In this document: piece by piece, positions 47,029 through 54,036 of the stretch
How the letters are laid out: each line of letters starts with the position of its first letter
How positions within the stretch are numbered: position 1 is the first letter of the stretch
NCBI GenBank assembly: GCA_038916785.1
Contig: JBCLBO010000010.1
Span: 2,933 to 66,932, forward strand
Origin: Candidatus Hydrogenedentales bacterium
GTDB lineage: Bacteria; Hydrogenedentota; Hydrogenedentia; Hydrogenedentales; GCA-2746185
Direction of reading: 5' to 3'
Length of the DNA: 64,000 nt
Program-made: the position numbers and the translations under genes
The notes under the pieces: model-generated
The model's input: only the letters and a program-made list of their open reading frames with translations
What the model was told of the DNA's origin: nothing
Databases searched by the model: none

Positions 47029-48840
47029 ATGGCGGCTTACTCATTGAAACCATTGGCCGGTTATGTGCCTTTCGCGGGGCCGGTGGTGTGCGTCATTCTC
47101 GACGGCGTCGGCCTCGGCAAACGGGACGAGTCGGACGGCGTCTATCTCGCGCACACGCCGGTGCTGGACGCGCTCATGCGCGGGCCGCTGTATCTGCCGA
47201 TCAAGACGCACGGCACGGCGGTCGGCATGCCCTCGGACGAGGACATGGGCAATTCGGAGGTGGGGCACAACACGCTGGGCGCGGGCCGTATTTTTGCGCA
47301 AGGCGCCAAGCGCGTTGCCGACGCGATCGCCTCGGGAGAATTATTTCGGAGCAAGACCTGGCGCCGGGTGATTGAGACGGCGAAGGCCGGCGGCACGGTG
47401 CATTTTATTGGCCTGCTCTCCGACGGTAACGTGCATAGCCATATCCGGCACCTGCTGACGATGCTCGACGATTGCGCGAAGAACGGCGTGGCCCGCGTGC
47501 GGCTGCATGTGCTCGCGGACGGCCGGGATGTGGACGAAAAGTCGGCGTTGCGGTATCTCGATACGGTCGAGAAGCAGCTCGCGACGATCAACGCCGGCGC
47601 CGGCCGCGACTACCGCATCGCCTCGGGTGGCGGGCGCATGATCGTCACGATGGATCGCTACAACGCGGATTGGCGGATCGTCGAGCGCGGCTGGAAGGCG
47701 CACGTACTGGGCGAGGCGAGGGGATTTTCTTCAGCCACCGAAGCCATTCAGACGTACTATGGCGAGAATCCTGACGTGACCGACCAGTATCTCGACAGTT
47801 ACGTGGTTGTTGATAAGGGCAAACCGATCGGCACGATTCAGGACGGCGACGCGGTGATTTCATTTAATTTTCGCGGCGACCGCGCGATCGAGATTTCGCA
47901 GGCCTTCGAGCAGGACGAGTTCACGCATTTCGATCGCCAGCGCCGTCCCCGAGTGTTCTTCGCGGGGATGATGGAATACGACGGCGATTTGCACGTTCCC
48001 AAGCACTACCTGTTGCCTCACGCCGCGATCCCCGGGACGCTCGGGCAATACCTCTGCGGGTCGGGCGTGACGTCGTTCGCGATTTCCGAAACGCAGAAAT
48101 ACGGTCACGTGACGTACTTTTGGAATGGGAACAACTCCGGTTATATCGAGCCGGCCTTGGAGGAATACGCCGAGATTCGATCGGACCTCGTGCCCTGCGA
48201 CCAGAGGCCCTGGATGAAGGCGGCGGAGATCACCGACGCAGTCATTGCGGCGATTCAAGAGGGCAAGCGCAAATTCATCCGGCTCAATTATCCGAACGGC
48301 GACATGGTGGGGCACACGGGCGTGCCTGCCGCGGTGCGCATCGCGGTCAGCGCGGCGGACCTCAGCCTCGGGCGGTTGCTGCGTGCGTTGGAGCGCGCGG
48401 GCGGCGTCGCGCTGGTCCTCGCGGACCACGGCAACGCGGACCTGATGTTCACGGAGAGGGACGGCGTGCGTATGCCGCATGTGGCGCACACGCTCAATCC
48501 GGTGCCCTGTGTGGTGAAGGACTATTCCGGGGCGAATCGGTGGACGCTTGCGGTGCGGGATCGGATCCAGACGCCGGGGCTGAGTAATATCGCCGCGACC
48601 TTGTGCATGCTGCTCGGCTTCGAGCCGCCGGCGGAGTATGACCCGTCGTTGATCGCGTTGGGGGGGGTGATCGGGACTTCAGGCGGGCGGGGACGCCCGC
48701 CGCCACTGTGGGTCCCAAAAATGGTAGAGGCCGGCGGGAGCATCCCCCGCGCCGGCCTCGCCCCACGGGTGCCTTGCGCCAAAAAAATTATTGAACCGGG
48801 AGGTCGCCTGGCCCCGCTACGCCGCCAGCCGCCGACCTAA
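47029..48840 (+). CDS. gpmI: 2,3-bisphosphoglycerate-independent phosphoglycerate mutase (iPGM) with a 57-codon 3' read-through
   Basis: VILDGVGLG, MGNSEVGHNTLGAGR, NGDMVGHTG and ADHGNAD motifs. The family-typical end ..DPSLIALGG is followed by a G8 run (48660-48667) and an out-of-frame TGA (48668-48670). As written, the frame runs on to 48840. Confidence 0.85.
   Translation: MAAYSLKPLAGYVPFAGPVVCVILDGVGLGKRDESDGVYLAHTPVLDALMRGPLYLPIKTHGTAVGMPSDEDMGNSEVGHNTLGAGRIFAQGAKRVADAIASGELFRSKTWRRVIETAKAGGTVHFIGLLSDGNVHSHIRHLLTMLDDCAKNGVARVRLHVLADGRDVDEKSALRYLDTVEKQLATINAGAGRDYRIASGGGRMIVTMDRYNADWRIVERGWKAHVLGEARGFSSATEAIQTYYGENPDVTDQYLDSYVVVDKGKPIGTIQDGDAVISFNFRGDRAIEISQAFEQDEFTHFDRQRRPRVFFAGMMEYDGDLHVPKHYLLPHAAIPGTLGQYLCGSGVTSFAISETQKYGHVTYFWNGNNSGYIEPALEEYAEIRSDLVPCDQRPWMKAAEITDAVIAAIQEGKRKFIRLNYPNGDMVGHTGVPAAVRIAVSAADLSLGRLLRALERAGGVALVLADHGNADLMFTERDGVRMPHVAHTLNPVPCVVKDYSGANRWTLAVRDRIQTPGLSNIAATLCMLLGFEPPAEYDPSLIALGGVIGTSGGRGRPPPLWVPKMVEAGGSIPRAGLAPRVPCAKKIIEPGGRLAPLRRQPPT
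48682..48701. terminator. GC hairpin in convergent spacer
   Basis: GGCGGGCG, GGGA, CGCCCGCC. Lies between the expected iPGM stop (48670) and the pilin stop (48788). Confidence 0.5.
48727..48759. terminator. GC hairpin in convergent spacer
   Basis: GAGGCCGGCG (48727-48736), 13-nt loop, CGCCGGCCTC (48750-48759). Confidence 0.5.
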
Positions 48841-49252
48841 TGACCCCGCTCTCGTCCGCGAAGAATCCCTTCGAGCCGGTGCCATCCATGACAATCGGGT
48901 CGGCGTTGCATGCGAAGATCGGCGCGCCATCCACGCCGCCGGGCACCACGAGGTATAAGAACCCCTGGCGTCGTCCCAAGCCCAGCGGCTCGTCGATGAA
49001 GGAGGGCGCCGTGGCGGCCAACTGCGGGAGCGTGCCGTACTGGCCCATTCCGCTCGGAAAGGCAAGGATTGCAGCGGTCTGATACTGCTGCTCGACCGTC
49101 GTGATGGTCCGGATGTTGGAAACGGCCGCGCCCTCGTTTGACACCATGCGCGCGCGGACTAGATTTGGAATCGCGACCGCCGCGATGATAACGATGATGG
49201 TGATGCAAATCATGAGTTCGATGAGCGTAAACCCTGAATCGCTCCCGTGCAT
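48788..49252 (-). CDS. Type IV pilin-like protein (prepilin N-terminal methylation domain), paralog B
   Basis: Start at ATG 49252 gives the leader MHGSDSG followed by FTLIELMICITIIVIIAAVAIPNLVRARM. C-terminal part alignable to the neighbouring pilin (FFADESGVIR). Confidence 0.8.
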   Translation of the reverse strand: MHGSDSGFTLIELMICITIIVIIAAVAIPNLVRARMVSNEGAAVSNIRTITTVEQQYQTAAILAFPSGMGQYGTLPQLAATAPSFIDEPLGLGRRQGFLYLVVPGGVDGAPIFACNADPIVMDGTGSKGFFADESGVIRSAAGGVAGPGDLPVQ

Positions 49253-49350
49253 TGGAGCTGTCGGGGCCGCCATCACTTCCGGCTGTAGTCTGCGTCTCGA
49301 CATCGTTCGATCCCTCAGTAGACCGCATTTGGGCCAGCGTTTTGAGTTTC

Positions 49351-49383
49351 GGCTGGTGGCCGGGTCTGTCCCGGCCACCAGCC
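49351..49383 (-). terminator. Strong hairpin between the two pilin genes (terminator/attenuator candidate)
   Basis: GGCTGGTGGCCGGG, TCTGT, CCCGGCCACCAGCC: a perfect 14-bp stem 38 nt downstream of the upstream pilin stop. No clear U-tract. Confidence 0.45.
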
Positions 49384-49420
49384 GCTGAGCGTAGTTCAAG
49401 TGTGGGTTACGCGAGCTTGC

Positions 49421-49882
49421 TTACTGGACCGGGTTGCTGGCAACCGTCGCGACCCCACCCAGCTCGAAGCGGATCACGCCGGACTCATCCGCGAAGAAGC
49501 CGCGGCCGCCCGAGGCGTCCATCGTGATCGGATTGGCATTGCACGTGAAGGTCGGCGAGCCATCCGTATCAACCGGCGTCGCGGTGAAGTCATAACCTTG
49601 CTTCCGGCCCTCACCGAGCACGCTGTCCACGAAGGGCGGCACCGGGGTCTTGAGATCGTCAAGGGTGCCGTAGGCGCCCATGCCGCTTATCATCGGCTTG
49701 ATGGCGGACGACTGGTACTGCTGTTCGGCCGAGGTGATCGTGCGCATCGCGCCGATCGCCGAGCCTTCATTCGCAACCATGCGCGACCGAAGCAGGTTCG
49801 GAATCGCAATGGCGGCGATGATCGCGATAATCGCGATCACAATCATCAATTCAATCAACGTGAAACCACTTTTCTTCTTCAT
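49421..49882 (-). CDS. Type IV pilin-like protein (prepilin N-terminal methylation domain), paralog A
   Basis: ATG 49882 preceded by AGGAGGA. Leader MKKKSG followed by FTLIELMIVIAIIAIIAAIAIPNLLRSRM. Confidence 0.85.
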   Translation of the reverse strand: MKKKSGFTLIELMIVIAIIAIIAAIAIPNLLRSRMVANEGSAIGAMRTITSAEQQYQSSAIKPMISGMGAYGTLDDLKTPVPPFVDSVLGEGRKQGYDFTATPVDTDGSPTFTCNANPITMDASGGRGFFADESGVIRFELGGVATVASNPVQ

Positions 49883-49972
49883 GGCATTTCCTCCTGTTGT
49901 TTCCACAACGGTAGTTTTAGTCCCCTGGCCCTACCGGGCCCAGCTTCGTGCTTGCGTGCTTGGGAACCAATG

Positions 49973-49987
49973 GCAAGGCCGATGCCA
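49973..49987 (-). promoter_or_regulatory. Sigma54 (-24/-12) promoter candidate for the pilin gene
   Basis: The minus strand reads TGGCAT-CGGCC-TTGC (consensus TGGCAC-N5-TTGC), ~90 nt upstream of the pilin ATG. Confidence 0.6.
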
Positions 49988-50323
49988 AGGGTGGGACTCG
50001 CTCGTAAGCTGTTGAATTTACAATAGTTGTCAGTTTTCACTGATTGGGAAACGACTATATATGCCCGTATTTTCGCGCATCCCGCGTCGCGCGGGGCCGA
50101 TTTTTGTAACTTTTCTGGACTGGGGTAGTTTTACGTGCGGAAATGAAGGGGCGACACAGAAAACAATTGTCAACACAGATTTTTCTTGACAATATACGAA
50201 TAATCAATTATCGTAAGTCTCATCGTTAGCGAGTCGGTCGAAGTTCGGCCTTATTATTCGTGCTTTCTTCGTGTCGGGGGACTCCGGGGCGTGCCTGTCC
50301 CGGGCGGAAGAAAGGAAGGACCG

Positions 50324-50446
50324 ATGAAGGGTCGTGCTGTCGTGCCGGGGCCGGTCAGGGATGAGGCTCCAGCGCCTCGGATTCTCTGGTTACTGCTGTA
50401 CCTGCTGTTCTTCACGCTGGTGTTCCTGCCTATTTTCGCCGGTTAG
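50324..50446 (+). CDS. Candidate 40-aa membrane peptide
   Basis: ATG 50324 preceded by AAAGGAAGGA. MKGRAVVPGPVRDEAPAPRILWLLLYLLFFTLVFLPIFAG, one TM helix. Below the ORF-track size cutoff. No family recognised. Confidence 0.3.
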   Translation: MKGRAVVPGPVRDEAPAPRILWLLLYLLFFTLVFLPIFAG

Positions 50447-50527
50447 CGCGGTTCCTTTTCCGCGCGGTTGACCCGGCTTGGCCGAAGCGTGCTAGGCTGC
50501 CCGTTCGTTTGGACGGGGAGTTGCCTC

Positions 50528-51502
50528 ATGCGCGCGTGGGTTGTCAATGAGTACGGGCCGTACACCGAGGCCATGAAGTGGGGCGAGATCGCGCAGCCCA
50601 AGGCCGCCGGGCGCGATGCGGTCATCCGGGTGCAGGCCGCCGGCCTGAATTTCCCCGACATCCTCTGCGTCGCCGGCAAGTACCAGGTGCGCCCGCCGCT
50701 GCCCTTCGTCGCGGGCACCGAGTGCATGGGCGAAGTCGTCGAGGCGGGGCCGGACTCGCCGTACAAGCCCGGCGACCGCGTGATGACGATGGCGGGGGTC
50801 GGCGGCTTCGGCGAATTCTGCATCGCCCCGCACGCGACGACGTACAGAGTCCCCGACGCGATGTCGGACGAAGACGCCGCGGCGTTTCAGATGACTTATC
50901 AAACCTCGTACTTCGGCGTGAAAATTCGCGCGGACTTGCAGCCCGGCGAGGTGTTGCTGGTTCACGGCGGCGCGGGCGGCGTGGGGTCAGCGGCGATCCA
51001 ACTGGGCAAGATGCTCGGGGCGACGGTGATCGCGACGGCGAGCTCGGCGGAGAAGTTAGAAGTCTGCCGGCGCTGCGGCGCGGACCATGTGATCAACTAC
51101 ACGACCGAGGATTTTGTCGAGCGCGTGAAGGAGCTGACCGGCGGCAAGGGTGCGGACGTCGTCTACGATCCGGTCGGCGGCGATGTGTTCGATCAGAGCA
51201 CGAAGTGCATCAACTGGAACGGCCGCATTTTGATTATCGGTTTCACGAGCGGCCGGATTCCCGAAATTAAGGTCAATCGGATTTTGCTGAAGAACATTTC
51301 GATCGTGGGCCTGCACTGGGGCCAATACCGCGCGCACCAGCCGGAACTGATGCAGCAGGTGCAGGAAACGCTGTACGAGGCGTATGCGAAGCGACTGATC
51401 AAGCCGGTGATCTGGAAGGCGTGCCCGATGGGGCAACTCCCCGACGCGATGGGGGCAATGGAACGGCGGGAATGCTACGGCAAAGTTGTCTTGAAACCCT
51501 AA
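50528..51502 (+). CDS. NADPH:quinone oxidoreductase (MDR family)
   Basis: ATG 50528 (MRAWVVNEYG). LVHGGAGGVGSAAIQLGKMLGATV cofactor fold. C-terminal YGKVVLKP. Confidence 0.8.
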   Translation: MRAWVVNEYGPYTEAMKWGEIAQPKAAGRDAVIRVQAAGLNFPDILCVAGKYQVRPPLPFVAGTECMGEVVEAGPDSPYKPGDRVMTMAGVGGFGEFCIAPHATTYRVPDAMSDEDAAAFQMTYQTSYFGVKIRADLQPGEVLLVHGGAGGVGSAAIQLGKMLGATVIATASSAEKLEVCRRCGADHVINYTTEDFVERVKELTGGKGADVVYDPVGGDVFDQSTKCINWNGRILIIGFTSGRIPEIKVNRILLKNISIVGLHWGQYRAHQPELMQQVQETLYEAYAKRLIKPVIWKACPMGQLPDAMGAMERRECYGKVVLKP

Positions 51503-51504
51503 AC

Positions 51505-51527
51505 GGTAGGGCGGGTCTCGACCCGCC
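51505..51527. repeat. REP-B family variant
   Basis: GGTAGGGCGGGTCTCGACCCGCC, 3 nt after the oxidoreductase stop. Shares the TAGGGCGGGTC..GACCCGCC core. Confidence 0.65.
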
Positions 51528-51550
51528 GCAGTAGTACAAGGAGCGCGACA

Positions 51551-52231
51551 ATGGGCAAGATGGTGAAGTTCAAGAGCAACGGCCACACCTGCGACGGGTA
51601 CTACGCTGCGCCGGCCTCGGGCAAAGGGACGGGCGTCGTCGTGTTGCAGGAGTGGTGGGGGCTGGTCGATCACATCAAGGAGGTGTGCGACCGTTTTGCG
51701 AAGGAGGGATTCTGCGCGATTGCGCCCGACCTGTATCACGGAGAGATCGGCAAGGGTCCCGACCAGGCGGGCAAACTGATGATGGCGCTGAACATCGCGC
51801 AGACGGAGAAGGACCTGCGCGGCGCGGTGGAGTTTGTGCTGGCGCAGCCGGAGTGCAGCTCGAAGACGGTAGGCACCGTCGGCTTCTGCATGGGCGGGCA
51901 GCTCTCGCTGTTCGCGGCCTGCGCGAACCCGGCGAAGGTGGGGGCGTGCGTGATTTATTACGGTGTGCATCCGAACGTGAAGCCGGACCTCAACGCGCTC
52001 AAGGCGCCGGTGCTCGGGTTCTTCGCCGAGAAGGACGGCTTCGTGACGCCGGCGGTCGCCAATGAACTCGAAGGCAAGATCAAGTCAGCGGGGAAGAAGG
52101 TCGAATTCACGATCTATAAGGGCGTGGACCACGCCTTCTTCAACGACACGCGCACGGAGGTCTACGACGCGAAGGCGGCCGGCGATACGTGGCGTCGGAT
52201 GCTGGCGTTTTACCGCATGAACGTCGAATGA
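51551..52231 (+). CDS. Dienelactone hydrolase family protein
   Basis: VVVLQEWWGL, nucleophile elbow GFCMGG and DHAF at the C-terminus, as in DLH-family alpha/beta hydrolases. Confidence 0.8.
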   Translation: MGKMVKFKSNGHTCDGYYAAPASGKGTGVVVLQEWWGLVDHIKEVCDRFAKEGFCAIAPDLYHGEIGKGPDQAGKLMMALNIAQTEKDLRGAVEFVLAQPECSSKTVGTVGFCMGGQLSLFAACANPAKVGACVIYYGVHPNVKPDLNALKAPVLGFFAEKDGFVTPAVANELEGKIKSAGKKVEFTIYKGVDHAFFNDTRTEVYDAKAAGDTWRRMLAFYRMNVE

Positions 52232-52238
52232 GAATCGC

Positions 52239-52311
52239 GCCCACAGATTACACAGATGGGCACAGATTGAACTGAGATCATTGTCGGTGTGAATCTGTGT
52301 AATCTGTGGGC
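52239..52311. repeat. REP-D palindromic element (CACAGAT-type)
   Basis: GCCCACAGATTACACAGAT (52239-52257) and its exact reverse complement (52293-52311). The 35-nt loop contains a third CACAGATT. Confidence 0.85.
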
Positions 52312-52327
52312 GATCTATTGAGGTCTT

Positions 52328-53272
52328 ATGAGCGAGATTGTCGTCCGCCCGATCGAATTGCGCGATCTTGACGCCGCGAATCGGGTGTGCAATCTCGCCT
52401 TCGGCACCTTCCTTGGCGTGCCCGATCCGGCGCGTTTCTTCGGCGACATGGATTTTTTCCGCTCCCGCGTGGGCGCGCCGAACACGGCGGGCTTCGTCGC
52501 GGAGCGCGATGGCGAGTTGATCGGATCGAACCTGCTGGTGCGCTGGGGCAGCGTGGCGTTCTTCGGACCGCTGTCGGTCCGGCCGGATTTGTGGGATGCG
52601 GGCATCGGCAGGAAATTGCTCGCGCCGACGATGGACACCTTCACACGCTGGGGCGTCACGCACACGGGATTGTTTACCTTCCCCCAGAGTGCCAAGCACG
52701 TCGGGCTGTATTACAAGCATGGGTTCCACCCGCGCTTTCTGACGGCGGTGATGGGCAAGCGGGTCGCGACGGACGCGAAGGCCGGCGGCTGGACTACGTG
52801 GTCGGAGCTGCCCGAATCGCAGCGCGCGGCGGTGATCGAAAGCGCGCGCAGACTCACCGGCGCGCTGTATCCGGGCCTCGACGTCTCCGACGAGTTCGGT
52901 GTGGTCGAATCGCGCAAACTCGGCGACACCGTGCTGCTCGACGCGCCGGAAAAACTCGAAGGCATGGCTGTCTGCCACGTTGGGCCCGGCACCGAGGCCG
53001 GCAACGGCGTGTGCTACGTGAAATTCGCCGCGGCAGCTTCCGGGCCGGGCGCGCCGGATCGATTTCAGCGCCTGCTCGATGCGATCGAGGCTTACGCCGC
53101 GATGCGCGGCGTGCCGTTCATCCAGGCGGGCGTGAACACGGAGCGTGAAGAGGCCTACAAGGCAATGCTCGATCGCGGATTCCGGACGCGCATGCAGGGC
53201 GTCATCATGCACACCGGCAACCAGCGCGGCTACAATTCGCCGGATGCGTTTGTGCTGGACGACTGGCGGTGA
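52328..53272 (+). CDS. GNAT family N-acetyltransferase (two-domain, Eis-like architecture)
   Basis: N-terminal acetyl-CoA motif region VRPDLWDAGIGRKLL and ~314-aa length with a second alpha/beta domain. Confidence 0.65.
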   Translation: MSEIVVRPIELRDLDAANRVCNLAFGTFLGVPDPARFFGDMDFFRSRVGAPNTAGFVAERDGELIGSNLLVRWGSVAFFGPLSVRPDLWDAGIGRKLLAPTMDTFTRWGVTHTGLFTFPQSAKHVGLYYKHGFHPRFLTAVMGKRVATDAKAGGWTTWSELPESQRAAVIESARRLTGALYPGLDVSDEFGVVESRKLGDTVLLDAPEKLEGMAVCHVGPGTEAGNGVCYVKFAAAASGPGAPDRFQRLLDAIEAYAAMRGVPFIQAGVNTEREEAYKAMLDRGFRTRMQGVIMHTGNQRGYNSPDAFVLDDWR

Positions 53273-53341
53273 ATTGGCGGGATCATCCCGAAGTGCTGCG
53301 CCAATTTCTCGCCGAACGAGTATGATGTATGCGGAGATAGA

Positions 53342-53656
53342 GTGATGGCCGTCCGTCCGATCAATTTGCCCCTCTCGCAGGTCGCGGAACTGTGCAAAGA
53401 GTACGGTGTGAAGAAACTTTTCGTGTTTGGTTCCTTCCTTCGTGAAGACTTCGGCCTCGACAGCGATGTGGACTTTCTGGTCGAATTCGGGACCGGCGAC
53501 TTTGGGCCGTGGCTGTCGAAGCTGACTGAATTCCAAGATGCGCTCGCCCGTTTGCTTGGCCGCCAGATCGATGTGGTGCCGAAGGAAAACTTGAAGTGGG
53601 CAATTCGCGACCGAGTGCTTCAATCCGCGCAGGTGGTGTATGCCACAGAGGAGTGA
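53342..53656 (+). CDS. mntA: Minimal nucleotidyltransferase (MNT-type antitoxin)
   Basis: LFVFGSFLREDFGLDSDVDFLVEF (GS...D.D NTase motif), 104 aa. Overlaps the downstream HEPN gene by 17 nt. Confidence 0.8.
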   Translation: MMAVRPINLPLSQVAELCKEYGVKKLFVFGSFLREDFGLDSDVDFLVEFGTGDFGPWLSKLTEFQDALARLLGRQIDVVPKENLKWAIRDRVLQSAQVVYATEE

Positions 53657-54029
53657 CGACCTCTATCTCGTCGATATCGTTGAAGCGGGTCATGCCGTCA
53701 AAGGATTCCTACTGGGTACGGACCCGGCGCGATTCCGGGCCGATGAGACCCTGAGGAGTGCGGTGCTGTGGAAACTCTACGTCGTCGCGGAAGCCGCGTC
53801 GCGTATATCCATTGAGGTTCGAAACGTTGGCGATGCGGAAATGTGGGGCCAAGTCCGCGCCTTCCGTAATCGCATGGCGCACGGCTATTTCACGCTCGAC
53901 CCGGAGCAAATTTGGCGAATCGCTACGGAATCGCTTCCGGTGCTAGCGAGCCATGCCGAGCAATTGCTGGCGCATCATTTTTCGGAAACCTACCGGCGGT
54001 TGATGGAAATGCTCGGGCGAACCCCCTGA
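53640..54029 (+). CDS. hepT: HEPN/DUF86-type toxin (HepT)
   Basis: 129 aa with the R-x4-H motif RNRMAHGY; paired with the upstream MNT gene. Confidence 0.8.
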   Translation: MPQRSDDLYLVDIVEAGHAVKGFLLGTDPARFRADETLRSAVLWKLYVVAEAASRISIEVRNVGDAEMWGQVRAFRNRMAHGYFTLDPEQIWRIATESLPVLASHAEQLLAHHFSETYRRLMEMLGRTP

Positions 54030-54036
54030 TGCTCGC

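Noticed and set aside
52085-53623. 512-aa minus-strand ORF
   Set aside because: Antisense across the GNAT and MNT genes. Low-complexity Arg/Ala/His composition.
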